DNA from: Styela clava
Taxonomy: Eukaryota
NCBI RefSeq assembly: GCF_964204865.1
Contig: NC_135252.1
Location: forward strand, 13,454,001 to 13,518,000
Direction: 5' to 3'
DNA length: 64,000 nt
Both the position numbers and the translations under genes were made by a program. This document shows positions 14,348-28,731 of this stretch, piece after piece; position 1 is the first letter of the stretch, and each line of letters starts with the position of its first letter. Below the pieces are notes generated by a model. That model saw only the letters and a list, made by a program, of their open reading frames with translations, was not told the origin of the DNA and did not search any database.

Positions 14348-17300
14348 ATGTTGTCGTATTTTATAATATGGTCTCTTGTACTACTTGATCTAACATGCTC
14401 CGAGCCAATGAGGGGTTTGGAAGGCAATGTTGAGATTGAGTTAAAAAGATCCAAACGACTTTCCAAAGACTCCGCATGTTCAGCTCTTTGGCCACAATGC
14501 ATCTGCCGCAGTCGAAAGCATAAGGAACAAAGTTTAGTATGCTTAAAGAAAGATTGCTTAGAAAAGCTTCCGGCGGATGAAATACCAGATTCACATATCA
14601 GAGAAGTCGTAAGCTTGCTTGTAGTAAGGTAACGTTACTGTTTGCTTCATATAGAATTTTTTGGAAAGTAGACAATTTGGAAGTCATTTTCATGTAATCT
14701 AGCAGCGCTCTTTGAAGTATTTGGAAAGTTTTCATCATATCAAAAATAATGATATTGGATTCTGTATTTGTATAAAAATACTAAATAAATTTTGGTTTAT
14801 AGATATCCAGATCGTGAATACAAACAATCTGATTTGTTTGTAACCCATCGAAAAAAATTAAAAAAAAATGCGGCCATGATCACATTTGAAATTCACGAGT
14901 GATTTCAGCCGCTCCCATTGCGACATCAATTATTTAATCAAACGTCGACAACATAAGGCAGATCTAATTTGACAGTTTGACTTAATCTTGTTATTGACAA
15001 CCTGAAGACACTTGCGGAAATAAAATAGAATTAGGGCACAAAAAATAGTATATTTCACTCAGGTTGTAGTGTTTAGCGATATATTATAATTTTGAAAAAT
15101 ATTTCTATCTCGATAGTCTCAATTCATTTTTGTGTGAAAGTAAAATTTGAAAAAATGGACGATTTCTATGTTTGTAAATGGCCATGTATGGTATTTATTT
15201 GCTTCTCTTAGTCCTATTGAAACGGCTCATACAACGAATTGTCATGTCAAAAATAAAACAAAATTGCAATTCTTGTATCGCAACTACTAGCTACACAAAC
15301 ACATTTATGCCGAAAATATAATATACTACATTACAATAAACTACGTATATGTTTAGTTTTTTTTATCCATTTGAAATCGAAAGTACTATTTTTAACGTTG
15401 CAGGCAAAGAAATCTGACACGGATCGGTTCCGAAGAATTACGGCGACTCGGTAATATACGTCATATAAGAATATTTCGATGTAGTATACGTGAGGTTGCT
15501 AATAATGCATTCATCGGACTCAATCACGTTGAAAGGTATGAAAATTTTGCAACTCTTTGAAATTTATTTCGAATAAGCCGTGAATCTTGCCAAGAATATG
15601 GTTTTTAGTCTACCTTTTCGCATAGTCGAATTGATCACTTGATACGTTGAATTTTGCTTAATTTTGTTTGTATTAAATGGACGAACGATTTTGAGACAAC
15701 GCCCGTATTAGGTCTCTTTATGTATTTTTATTTAATTTTATTGGGCCACCCACGCTAAATGCACTTAAAAAGACGTTGAATGCGACCGATAATGTAATTT
15801 TATGGGTAAACCGAAGCACGTATTTTGCCAAAATCGATTACTATATCAACCAATGTAGTCTAAAATTTTTATTTGTCGTTTTTACCATGATACTTTTGCC
15901 ATTATAGTTGTCCGTTTATGAAAGTACGGGGATTCACAGAAAATAAAAATTATCATTGTATTTAAGATAACAATTTATATCCGATATATCACGATAACTG
16001 ATCATTAAGTCGTGAAAAGAGCTGCATGTGGAAAGTAAAGACGATTCTTATCGTTTATAATGCAAAGCAATGAATAAGATGATTTTAGACTAGTTTTCGC
16101 TACATATGTTGGTACACATCTCATATACATAATGTATGTGTATGGAAATCTAACATAGGGGCAAAGTAAACAAAATTTAAGTCCGCACGCTACAACCCGG
16201 AATCCTTGGTAAGACTATGTAAAAGTCATCTCAACTTATGCGACCGGAATTGACAAAATATTTAAAATTGCAACGTGATAGCTTACATATCGCCACGCTA
16301 ATAACCGAATTGCGTAAGTCATTTTTAGCAGTTTTGAGAAAAACGTAAAAAACCTTCTAATGAAATTGTTATGCCATTGAGAGTATATATATTTCAATAA
16401 TATAACACGTTCTGCACACCCACCAAAATAAGACTAAGATTAAATATAAAGAATAAAACAGCAATGCACCCAATATAAAAGCCAACCAAGGTGAATTGGA
16501 CTCGGACAGTGAATATCACTAGTGCATGTCTTCCTATACTGTAGCATAAATTCAAATTAATACGCGCTAAGCTAGAATCCGAGATGCAAAAACTCGAAAA
16601 TACTTCGCAGAGGTTATTTCGCCTTTGTGACGTCACAATAGTCCTGCGGTAACAATGATAATTCATTATGACGTAACAATTGCATAAACGTGCATGTCAT
16701 ACTAAATCTCTATTTTTATGGGTTTCGGAATTCTTAAAATAAAATCTGAGTTAACAGACAGGTGCGCAGCATTACATAAATACCTATTTTATAAGAAACT
16801 CAAAATCGCCAAAAATGACTTACGCAATTCGGTTATTAGCGTGACGATATGTAACCACAATGACAGCATCAAAGGCGTATTCACGTAAAATAGCGCCAAT
16901 GGCAAGTTTAAAAATTCGCCCCGTTGATTATTGACTGACAGTCGTTGCCGAACACTTACAAATACGACAAACGAGTAAAAAAATGAGATTCAATTGTTTC
17001 CCAAGTTGAAATATTTTATTGAAACATTTTACAGTTGAAAGTTTAGCCTCTTCGTACCCCTATTCAAACGGCGCCATGGCTGCCATACCCTTGATACGCC
17101 ACTGGGCAGTATGCATATTTTGTGATAGCTTATATGAAAATTGACCTTCGTCACCAATATACATCATGTAAAATAAATCGAGGTTGTACTATCTAGTTAT
17201 ATATATACCACATGTTTATTTATAACTACAAAGAAAACGAAGTGTAATTACGGCTTTCTAAAACATAACTGTCCTTTTATTGATTTTCTTTCCAGCTAGT

Positions 17301-20300
17301 GTGGATGGTATAATATCTATATATTATAAATGAAGACTAGATTCACCAATTATCAAAACTTGTCTTTGCTGCGCTCAATTGCATTATCCAGTCTATCGCC
17401 TTTTACATGTGAAGATGATCGATTGTCTACTCAAATATGTCTATACATGATCTATTTTGTCATTATTGAAACCGTGCTATTTATTGAAGAATCTGTTCAA
17501 AGGAATTAATTCATTTGATATAAATTTCCTATCTGATAGTGAGAAACTGTTGAACGAAATCCATCAAATATTTTTGCCTGTGTTTGTTGAACTACTCACA
17601 ACCATTGGTCCATGTGTCACCAGATGGTACGACATTTATGTCGCTAAAACCCGTGTATATCATAAATTTTTTCAATTTAAAACTTATAGGGTATCTGTGT
17701 ATAAACTTTAATAACTTAAGTATAATAAGTATAATCTGACTTCAGAAATTTCATATCTCACAGGATGTGGTATGAAAATCTGCACAAATGTCTGTCCGTA
17801 TTGCCAACATTTCGTGACTCGATTGAATTCAATTGCCGAATGCGGAAATTGTATTCGTATACGCCAAAATTATCAGTTATTTCATTGCTTCGTGTTTTTG
17901 TTTTATGTTTTATTCGAAAAGCATCATAATAATCATAAATTCATCATTTTGCTCTCAGGCTAGACCTTCATCACAATGAACTGACAGAAGTTCCTAAAGC
18001 AATCCAGTACCTGAGAAATCTGAAGTTTTTAAACTTGGGAGGAAACCGTATTTCATATATTCACCAGACAGCCTTTTATTCAAATAGTGTTCTTGAAAAG
18101 TTGGTTTTAAGTCGAAATACTTTGACAAATATGCCGGATATGTTACCACCGACGTTAATCAAACTTAGCATCTCAAAGAACATGATAGAAAACGTCGGCG
18201 ATCTGCGAACTCTGATAAACCTGAAAATTTTCAAGGCGGACGACAACAAATTAAGTGAACTCCCGACCTTGCCGAGTTCCGTGAAGGTTGTGAATATGTG
18301 CTGGAACAAAATCGCACGGCCGATATCGCTAAAAAATCTTCCAAATTTAAAGGCGGTCAGCATGAGCAATAATCCAGATATCGGAAATATTACGATTTCG
18401 ACATTCTTTGATATGAATTCAAGGTCGCGGTCATCAAAACTAACAACATTTAAAGCGAGAAACGCAGGAATAAGGAGTATCGCAGCTGATGCATTTGCAT
18501 GTTTGCGGCGTTTACAACATGTCGATATTTCCTACAATTCGATTTCAACTTATCAACCTCGCTGGTTTACTAGGAATAAAGGCCTGAGAGGTGTTTATTT
18601 AACGAGAAACCCATGGAGTTGCAATTGCGATATCAAGTCAAATTTATTGGATATATTGAACACGTTCACCGCTCGAAGAACTCTAAAGAATCCCCGAAAC
18701 GAATCATTTTTCATAAACGATTTTCTTAACGAGACATGCTCAACAAAAGGTAATTTTATTAAGAAAACACAATTATTTAAGTTGATTAAGACAAATGGTC
18801 AAGTGGAGATGTCAGTTCGTTCAACATATTTCATAGCTCTATTGCAATTTTTGACATAAAAGAGTAAGATTTAACTATTTGAAAATGTACATATTTCAAC
18901 TTTATACATATATTGTAATCGTTTGAAATTGAAAGTTCGCTTTAAAGTCGATCTGAATATTTTCACTTATCGGTATTATTTTATCTAAAATTGACAGTAT
19001 GTATACTTACCGGTACTGTAATTCAAATATGCGATATCAGGAATCTAAGGAATGCTAAGACACAGAATGTCCTTTCCCAATCATTCCAATCTTGGATTTT
19101 ACCAAATCCAATATCTCCATAATGAATTAGAGTTAAAATCGCCGTTATATCTCAAATTACGATGGAGTATGTATTCCATATCAAAACTATGCGAGCAAAA
19201 TTCATTCGGAATAGAATTATATATCTCATAATATTATACCAATAATAGCCAGCTTTGTCCGCGTTGCTTTCGGCTTTTGATTGATATATAAATTCTGTAA
19301 TTTTGTATGACAATATTTTTCTGCAACCGACAGGTGGTTCAAGCTGTGAAAAGTTCAGACTGGAGAATGAAGAATGCATGAGACCTGGTAAAGTATAATA
19401 GTATATTATTTATCGAGTTTATCAATAGCGCAATTGGTGAAAATATGCGACCATTTGCTCCCATATTGTAAATGTAATATCTTTTTAAAACTATAAAAGC
19501 ATTAGACAAAAGAGTGACCGTAGAACTAAGTCACTAACTTTTCGACAAATGCACTGTTTAGTCTAGAATAGTACTATGTCAACTTCGCTTTTATTCACCT
19601 TCCATCAAACACTTCGAGTAAAGGTTCCAAACAAAGCGCGTGGTTCGTTCCGGTTTAATGAAGCTGTTTGTGTTTATTATATTGCATATACTTGAAATTT
19701 TTTATTGATATTTCGATTCGAAGGAACAATACCTTAAATCCGTAATTTTATAATTCATTTGAATTTGAATGAACGACTTGACACAATGGCTGTGCATCGG
19801 CATGGTCGATCTTGACAAATCTAATTTTGGCTTATAATTCAGAACCACCCCCGGGTGATATTGTGGATTTGCCGATTTCTCACCAAGTTTCGCTTGACAC
19901 AATAACGACCGCACGTAAAGTACCAATAACCAATACGACGACAACAACAAGTACGACTACGATAACAAGTACGGCTTCAACTACAAAGCGATTAATTACA
20001 AGCGCAAAAACTACAATTTCGGGACCGACTCCGCTTCTCCAACATACTACGACTGACAGACTCAGAACAACAAAGACTGCTAATAGTATACCACATAACT
20101 CGACTAGAATAACAACAACAACCACTGCGGCAACTCCGACCGAGATTCAAACAACTACAAGAAAACCTTCTACGACCACAACGCAAACAACCAGTAATGT
20201 ACCAGCTACAACAACTAGCATACGAATCACAACTACGTCAAAGGCAAGCTCAATTACTACAACTTCTAAGGTAGTGGTTCCTTCACTAAATACAATTAAA

Positions 20301-20586
20301 GTATCTACGGCTACCACAACAACACAAACTACCACAACAACACCATCAGGTAGGGTTCTACGATTGAATTAAATTTAATGATGATTTGATTACCAGTGCT
20401 CCCTAACATTATTTTTTACATTCTACAGAAGAATGGTGTCTGAGAGACGGAAGAAAATGCCATTTTCCGTTTATATACAAGGGTAAAGAATATTACGAGT
20501 GTGTCCCGTCTTATAGACCATGGTGTTCGCCAACACGGGATTATGATACTGATGGCGAATGGGACAGATGCGTCATATGCGAATGA
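14348..20586 (+). CDS. Secreted LRR protein with Thr-rich mucin-like stalk and C-terminal fibronectin type II domain (~640 aa; exons 14348-14628, 15404-15535, 17959-18749, 19334-19387, 19843-20349, 20429-20586)
   Basis: All introns are GT-AG with compatible phases (2,2,1,1,1); total 1923 nt; signal peptide; LRRNT (C..WPQCIC); LxxLxLxxN repeats; LRRCT NPWSCNC; poly-Thr stalk; last exon CHFPFIYKGKEYYEC..PWCSPTRDYDTDGEWDRC is an FN2 signature. Confidence 0.85.
16286..16851. mobile_element. MITE with ~50-bp TIRs flanked by TA, in intron 2 of the LRR gene
   Basis: CATATCGCCACGCTAATAACCGAATTGCGTAAGTCATTTT at the left end and its near-perfect reverse complement ending at 16851; TA on both sides. 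Confidence 0.8.
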
Positions 20587-21464
20587 AAGCATTACAGTGC
20601 ATAGCGCTATGCATCGTCTCTAAGCGCCGTTGTAAACGTATTACATTTGATAACATCAACGATTTATTTAAATATTTATTGAAACACACCAATATCGATC
20701 GTCTTCCTCTATTCATATCACATACTTGTTGACTAGATGAATTTAATTAGTTCCAATGACTCTTTAAGAGATGTGGGTGAAATGCTATTGGTGTACCAAA
20801 TGAATGATGCATTTTGAATAAATCCAATACGCCCGGTCTGGTATATATGTATCTTTTGGCTCGTGTGGGTAATGATGCATCATATTTAAGTTTTATTTCA
20901 TATTGGCCTGGTTGAGCATAGGTGCCTCTCGTATGGTAGACCTCCAACGTGTACCAAGAAATGAAATGTAAAGGTACATGTTAGTTAAAAAGCTCACATT
21001 CATTGTCTTTCTTTATTTATATTTTAGCCTTATCTGTGTAAGATTACTTATTTTATCTCACACAATTATCAGCATTCTTGTTTTTAGTTTTGTCTATGTA
21101 TTCGTAATTATTAAAAAAAACTTATATCATTTTGAAGGGTTCCGTTGTCCGACAAGGTACAAATCGCATAGTATATTCTGCTTTGTGAGTTCTTTATAAA
21201 AAAGCACCAAGTTTCCAGGACAAACACTGCTACTTTATTACACTAGTCAAACACATCAAAATTAAGACACCATAGCAGTAGCAGACTAAGCAGCAACTTT
21301 TACAATACACGTGCAAAGAGCGAAAATATGCCTCAGAAAAGGTCAAAACAGTAAGGGTCAATGATACCATCTAGTGGTATTACATCATATATATATATAT
21401 CACACAATAATATTCAACAAATCGAAAAATCACAATTGCTTCTAGAATCTAGACTAAGAGAGGG

Positions 21465-21655
21465 ACACGTAGCGCCACCTAATGGCAATAATTTTGATTA
21501 CGTCATAGCAAAAAAAAGTAATAGCCTTCTGAGGAAAAATTTTATCTTTAACCACTGAAAATTTCAAAGCAATTGGTCCAGTAATCAAAAAGAAAAGCGA
21601 TTTCTTCAAAACGTGTCAAAGGACAACAAGAGAGCAATGCTCAAATATATGGGCA
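21465..21655 (+). repeat. Interspersed repeat family fragment (other copies at about 22460-22720 and 45815-45945)
   Basis: Shared core CGTCATAGCAAAAAA..AGTAATAGCC...AAAATTTCAAAGCA in all three places. Confidence 0.7.
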
Positions 21656-23121
21656 CGCAGACAATTCCCCATAAATCCTATGCGATGACTTACCAGTATC
21701 TGTATCTGGGTACCGTGACGGTACAGGGACTGCCATAGATATTTTAGGCCCTGTGACAATGATCCATTCTTCTTGATTATATTGAAACATCAATTGAAAT
21801 ATCTCGTGCTATGAGTCAATTATGTACCGTATCAGGTACCACAGCCAAACATTTCACATAAAAACTTTACTAAATAACATGCGTCAACTTAATACCACCT
21901 GAATCGGGGTACAACTTTTGGTACAGTGACTGTCATTGTCGTTCAGGGTTGATGGACAACTCGACTACACGGACAACTCACCAGGCCTAGCTGTAGTCGA
22001 GTGAGTTATCCGCGTGTAGTTGTCTGCCTCCCATTTCACACGTCCCGTGACTTGATTTTTTCTTCTCTATTCAATGAATTCAATGCAACATGAATGGAAA
22101 TACTAAGTAATCCGTGTCATTCCCTTCTCCATTATTTGAACAAAATTAAAAAAAATCTCTTTTCAGATATTTACATGCAGTACCGTACGTTAACTTACCA
22201 ATATACCTGTAATGCCAGACGCTTCTTCTTTGATAAACCAACTAATTCGATTTATCACGGTATTATAACAGCAGATACCACAGTCTACAAATATATTCAC
22301 ACCAAGCAAAGTAGTGCAGTAGGCTATTACCGTACCTATGGCATCACCGGTAACTTCAAAAAACTTAAAATTTTTGAGTAGCAACGATTTTCAGAACCCG
22401 CATTCACGCCGACGTTCGATGGCACGTGATTATGCGTCCGCAGAACGTTTGGTAACGTCATGGCAAACAAAAACAAATCTCACAGAGCTAACAGAAACAT
22501 TTGAAATAAATAAAAGTAATAGCCTTCTGGAATTTTTTTTTATCTGTAACCACTGAAAATTTCAAAGCAATTGGTCCAGTAATCAAAGAGAAAAGCAACT
22601 TTTTAGGTTTTCCACTAGATGTCCAAAAACGTGTCAAAGAACAAGAACAACAACATAATATTGAAATGATCCATATGTCCATTACGTGTCCAATAAGAAC
22701 AACATAACAACAAAACGATCACTATGTCCACTACTTGTCCAATAATGTATAATGTAGTTGATTTGGATATAGATTGGGAGATAACGCTAGGATCATGAAA
22801 CATGTAAGCCAGCCACCACCCAAATAATTAGTGAGGGAACGAAACTAGCCATAAATTAGTTTATTCTTAAACACATGGTATTATACAAACTATGCTATCA
22901 TTTATAGCGATATGTTAAAAAGTAAAAACAAGCATACTCTACTAAGACACATACGTTTACATAGTAATGGCAAACGGAGTGAAAGCCAAAGACATATATT
23001 TTTATTAGTGAGGATACGAATTATTTGTACAAGTTTTACACCTATAATGAATGTAAATGGACTGGATTTCTAATAGTGGGACCAACTAAACAAATCAGAA
23101 TTTGTTATCAGAACAAAAATC

Positions 23122-23482
23122 GGTACTTCCGTAGTATGTGTACCAGGTAAGAGTTAGGGCATGGTTTTATTCCGATTTTCCGTATATTAGTTCTATCTAG
23201 GGCTGGGCATTTTCGAAACACTGGTGTTTCGAAATCGAAACGAAATTTTGCCTTCGAAACGAAGCACGTTTGTCATAAACAGTAAAATATGATCCCATTA
23301 TTACCAACCAAACAGTGTTTCGAAACGCCCAGCCCTAGTTCTATCACGAGTTCGGGACTTTCTGTGTTAGCCAGGTGAATATACTCCCATAGGTTTTGTT
23401 TCAGTCCCTTTACACAACTCGATTTAAAATAGGCGTACAAAATTAATTACCCCCATATTGGTACACATACTTCAGGAGCGCC
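23122..23482. mobile_element. Small MITE with degenerate TIRs hosting a nested hAT-type MITE
   Basis: AGTATGTGTACCA at left and TGGTACACATACT at right form an inverted repeat. Confidence 0.6.
23198..23337. mobile_element. hAT-type MITE (140 bp)
   Basis: TIR TAGGGCTGGGC...GCCCAGCCCTA; perfect 8-bp TSD GTTCTATC at 23190-23197 and 23338-23345. Confidence 0.88.
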
Positions 23483-24549
23483 CAAATATCATCAGCCAAG
23501 TCTATTCATGCAAATTTTGGAATAATTTGTAGTCGTGTATAAATGTGTCAAAGACTGAGCATAAGCTCAATGAAGAGGCATTGAGATATGTTTTAAGGAT
23601 GGATATGAAAGAGCTCTTGGGTTAGCATATTACCTTCGACCGTTTGGCTAAATATAGAAAATGTAGTTCATTTTATACCACTGTATTAGGAACAATTTAA
23701 TTATAGACATTTAATAGTAGTAATCAAATCTCAAATTCAAGGCTACCTCACTTTATACACTAACAGACAAACAGACAAAAATATAAAAAATATGCATTTA
23801 TGAAATGATGATAATATTACACAATAATACATACCGGATTCAGGATTTGACGCTTCTCCTGAAATTTATTAAACAAAAAGTGCATTTGTATAGGCTACAT
23901 ATCTAGCTACAGAGCAAGTATCATAAAATGAAATTCAGGACGATTCACTCTTATAGGAGAATAATAAGAAGAGAACAATACACTTTGGTAAATGTACTGA
24001 AAGATTGTAAGATAAATAAATATTCAATAATTCTTAAAACCATGGCGGGGAAAACACTACAGATTAACCATAGAGTTATTTCCTACTTACGCAATAATAT
24101 CAAATGTGACAAAATTTGATAATAAACTATTACTTTGTTCAGTGCAGTACACGGATAAAAATGACATGTGAATCAAATTTGCATTTGAAGAAATAACTGC
24201 AACACAAATTAGGAAATAATACATAATATATGTGTAGAGAGTTTATGAAGAAGAAATAAATAATATATGTACAGGTCTTGTAATCCAGATTTTGTTACTT
24301 CGTTCGCTGCAAACTTAACTTTCATGTTTATTCAACACCGGCATATACACCTTTCAAAAACATAATCTGCATGTCGTGGCTTACATTACTGACTCAGACA
24401 TCTATCAAATATATTTTGTCAACACTGGATGTAGGTCTTTGTTGGAGGAAAAAAACCTTATTAAAGTCCTAACTCTCACTTTTATCCTGGGTAAGGACAA
24501 CGAAGTGATTTCTATTCCGACTGCCGAAATACATTAAATTATGTAATTA

Positions 24550-24860
24550 TTATTACTTATCGATCTTAAGATCGGTAAGTATGTTGATAGGTATTTGTCT
24601 GTTTGTTTGTTTGTTTGTCTGTTAGATACACGCGATATCTCACGAAAGCGAGGTTGAATCTGCTCCAAATTTTGCATGTGCATTCATCATAGATCGGAAC
24701 AGAAGCCTGTTGATTTTCGATGAATTATGTCGTATAATTAGCGAGTTATTCATTAATTAGGGATGGGACACAAGGTGTCACTATGGAGTAAGAGCGCTGT
24801 TTTAGGGATCCCCTAACCTCCGATCGATAAGTCTTCGGTCTCCGACCGATATTCTCGTTT
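24550..24860 (+). mobile_element. Non-autonomous Helentron/DINE-1-like element
   Basis: Subterminal inverted repeat CTTATCGATC (24556-24565) / GATCGATAAG (24822-24831); (TTTG/TCTG)n microsatellite near the 5' end; 3' hairpin TCGGTC-TCC-GACCGA; T-rich ends. Confidence 0.78.
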
Positions 24861-26257
24861 ATCAGTTGTTGTAACAGTTTATTTATTATAATCAAAATTA
24901 TGGCTTTAAGAAACTAAAAACGTATCTTAACCTAAACACAAGAACATTCAACATAATTACATTGAGCCATTAAATATAGACAAATTTAATCGGACCACCG
25001 TCTAATACTTATAAAAGCTAATAACTAATGCGGTAAGGCGAATGCAGTCTGTTGTCGCTCGACGATAATCAGTGATCACAACATAAAGAACAATAATGTA
25101 ATAATGACGGAATATAAACAAAGGATCACAAAATGTAGCACACTGCAACAGGAATAACTGAACTGAATTCTCATAACATCAGTAAAACGTTAAAGCCAGC
25201 TATTATATATTGTTTTGATTTGTATTTTTGAGAATTCGACAAATCTGAGCTGTCCGTACAACACTTACTGCGCTTTAGTACTGTACGTACCAATGTCTGA
25301 ATGTGGAGGCAGTGAAGCAAAGTGACCTGGCGCGTCGTCTGTTAGCAAATTTTCAAATAGTAAATTGCTATTCTAATAGTTGAATATTCGAATATATGCC
25401 CAGTCCTACTCAGTAACCAGTAATTATTAACTCGATTAATGTTATGTGGATAAACTTGCTTTTTATGTTTTATGTAAATTCTAACATAAATCGTAACTTG
25501 AAGTGAATTTCTGCCTCGTTGCGGACTCATTCAGACGCTCCGCGGACTCATTTGAGACCGCGGACTCGGGTTGGGAAACACTGGCATAGGACATACTTGG
25601 ATCGAAAAATGCAGATTTTAACACCATGTTCTACTAGTCTTCATTATATCGGAATATTTTGATCAAAAAACTGAATGAAATTTATTCGAAGAGCGACACA
25701 AAAATTAATATAACGTTCCCATATCACTCATGATTGAACAACGTTTATGTAATGCATGAGAGAAGAAAACGGGATATGACCACGAAACGTTCGATCGTGC
25801 TGATGACGTATGCTTTTATTGTTTTCAACGGCTGATCTTCTAAACCTGCTAAAACGTTCGGTTTGCGCAACTGAAATCTTGGTATGGTTGAATTGTAAAG
25901 TAATTGGGCAATATTATTAGTAATCCGATAAAGAAATTTCAGTCTAAATAAATAATTAGTAATCCATAAAACATGTGAGAAACAATCATCAATAATTGAA
26001 TGAAAAGATTTTCGAATATTCAAGAACAAAATCACTACAGAGGTATCGCTCTCTCGACATAACGTTAGAAGATTTACTGATTGAACAAATTGTTATGAAT
26101 GTATTAATAATAATTAGCGCATGTGTTTCCTAATATATATTGTCTCGTTTATCCTCTGGAACTGTCAGTCCTAGAACAAGATTGAAGTTCCGGCAGCAAA
26201 TTTTGTATGAATTTCTGTGCTTAAATCGGGTATTTATCCTCACATCATGTAATTAGA

Positions 26258-27421
26258 ATGTATAAGAAAATGAATTTTGGAAACGAAACGGTTACTGCAT
26301 ATTCGGTGCTGAACAATGGCAGTCTGAATTCCAATGAATCCGCTACTAACAATACGTTTATGAATTCAACAGCCGCTTCAAATCAAACGTTCAACTTTAT
26401 CCGTGAAGATTCGAACGATTATGTGGTCAATGTAATACTGACGTTATCGCAAGTAGTGGGAGCAATTCTTATTTCACTATCCTGCTCGATGTTAGCCAGT
26501 TTTGTAGTCTACTGTATTCAGAATGGGAAATGGAAAAGCAAGCGAAGGACAAAATTTTTCAATGGAAGACTTATGTATATTCTCTATGCGATAGTTATAG
26601 GATTCTTCATCCAGAAATTGCTGATCACGCAAGTTTACATCCAGGCACCTCGGGGTGCAAACTCTTCAACTTTATGCAATGCAATCGATGCTGCGGCAAA
26701 GCTTTATTACTCGATCACTATATACCTCGTGTATTTCTTCTTATGGGTGAGACAAAGAGTAATTTATGACAGCATTACTGCAGGAAAAAATGTTACTCGC
26801 CTAAGTTGGGGAATATTTGCGATGCTTCCTTCAGAAATAATTCAAATTATAATTAAGCTGATTATATTTGATCGTCCATATCCGATGCCACAAGGTTGTA
26901 TACATATTAAGAACAATTCCAAATTTCTACATTTTTTCATGCACCTACCGTTGGTCTTAGCCCAATTCGCCCTTCTTGGGCTACTCGTCTACCCACTTGT
27001 GAAGAACACGATGGAATACAAATCAAGGTATCATGACTCAAAAATTATTATAGTTCTGTGCATTACAGGTACTTCGAAGTCTAGTAAAATACAAAATGTG
27101 ATTCGACGTGTGACGATCTGGACATTCGTTGCTGTTATCACAGACATCCTCTTTGCTGTGATAAATTTCCGTTTGATTCCAGAACACTTTCCCATTTCAG
27201 TTAGAGCGACAGCGGCAGACGTGATGATTTTTGGTAACATCATTTGCATATATATGACATTCAAAGACAGATGGCAAATATTGAGAGTTTTCTTCCCGAA
27301 GAAACAAAATAAGATTGTTGTTGTTGATATTTCTACCAAGTTAACTAAACTTCCGCAGACGAAAGACTCTTGTTCGTATACAAGCAGACATGTCGGTGTG
27401 TGTTGGGAAGGAAATATGTAG
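26258..27421 (+). CDS. Single-exon orphan seven-transmembrane (GPCR-like) protein, 387 aa
   Basis: N-terminus with six N-x-S/T sequons; seven hydrophobic segments; Cys at the top of TM3 and in the putative ECL2; no DRY or NPxxY motif. Confidence 0.8.
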   Translation: MYKKMNFGNETVTAYSVLNNGSLNSNESATNNTFMNSTAASNQTFNFIREDSNDYVVNVILTLSQVVGAILISLSCSMLASFVVYCIQNGKWKSKRRTKFFNGRLMYILYAIVIGFFIQKLLITQVYIQAPRGANSSTLCNAIDAAAKLYYSITIYLVYFFLWVRQRVIYDSITAGKNVTRLSWGIFAMLPSEIIQIIIKLIIFDRPYPMPQGCIHIKNNSKFLHFFMHLPLVLAQFALLGLLVYPLVKNTMEYKSRYHDSKIIIVLCITGTSKSSKIQNVIRRVTIWTFVAVITDILFAVINFRLIPEHFPISVRATAADVMIFGNIICIYMTFKDRWQILRVFFPKKQNKIVVVDISTKLTKLPQTKDSCSYTSRHVGVCWEGNM

Positions 27422-28731
27422 GATTTTCTTTATTATATCATGAGGCATTCTTACACGTTTTAGCAAGTTATAGGACGAACAGCACCTGATTTGCTATGCA
27501 GTTATAATATCTGTAAGCACCCGAATCGTTTTGAATGGTTTCGCAATGTGCGTTCCAATTTTTCATGCAGCACTATTTTTGATAATTGAGTGAAAGTATT
27601 ATCTTTAAACAAAATAATATGTGATATATACTTATTATTGACAATACACTTGGTTGGGCAATACACACTAAGATTTTGTGTATGTTTATTTTATTTCTGT
27701 ATATACATATATTTTTGTATATTTAATACTTGAACTCCGACTTCTATTGTAACGAACCTTTCAATTTATCCCCACCCTATTAGGGCAACTCGATTCCGAC
27801 GGCCGTTGCGAACTGTATATAGTGTGTAGCTCGCAATTTATCGCCTCGTTATTAATCGCCTTGTATTTTATTACTTTTTCCATTAATATTATCCATGATG
27901 AAACATTAAAACACCTTGCTATAAAAATTTAAATAATATAAAACCATACAAATAAAAAAAATTCTGTAGTATCAGTTTTCTTTTGTGTGTATTTACTTGT
28001 AATTACTTGTTATTATTCAATGTATTGTTTTTAGATATCATGAGTTCTTTTACGTTATACAGAATTTGATTCAGGTTCAATCTCAAGGGTTCAATAGTTC
28101 AATAATTCGTCAAATCACTCATTATTCAAATTACAGGATTTTTCTTGCTTATTATTTTGTTTCAAATAATCTCTAACATCAATTTTACAATCTTGAACAC
28201 CAAACCAATTTCAACGTAATTCTCAAGTACTAAATCCGCCATTTTGTTTATTCTCGGTCTCCCCCTTTAAACATCAAAGCTGTTTTATATTCTAATCTAG
28301 AGTGTCACTTTTTGCCATTTTGTTTTACTATTTCGTTACAATTTCATTTTCAAATGTTAAGCATTTCAAAGCAACACGGAGAACCTTCGATTTTTTGACT
28401 TTCAACTCTCGGCGGCCAGACTACAAAATTTAAAAAATTACTAAGTTAATTTTTTGTTACTGTCGAGGGGGAATTGTGTAGCGAATGTGCATTGTGTAAC
28501 TGTGGATTATAATGTTTAAACTTTTTCATATTAATAGCATGTAACATTTCACGAAATAGGCCACTTTATGTCTCGCAACAGCGATAAAGCATTCGTTCCA
28601 TGTATTGCCGTTCTCTTATCGACCAATTTGATGACGTATCGTTTCCGCCTGCGCCGAGAAATCTGCATTATATTGTGATTGTGAATTTACTTCTGATTAT
28701 GATTTTACTGCATTGAGACGTTAAGTGTTAC

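Noticed and set aside
19880-20335. Val-rich minus-strand ORFs resembling membrane proteins
   Set aside because: Antisense shadow of the Thr-rich (ACN) stalk exon
20747-20947. 66-aa minus-strand ORF downstream of the LRR-FN2 gene
   Set aside because: No convincing acceptor or start codon and no recognisable domain
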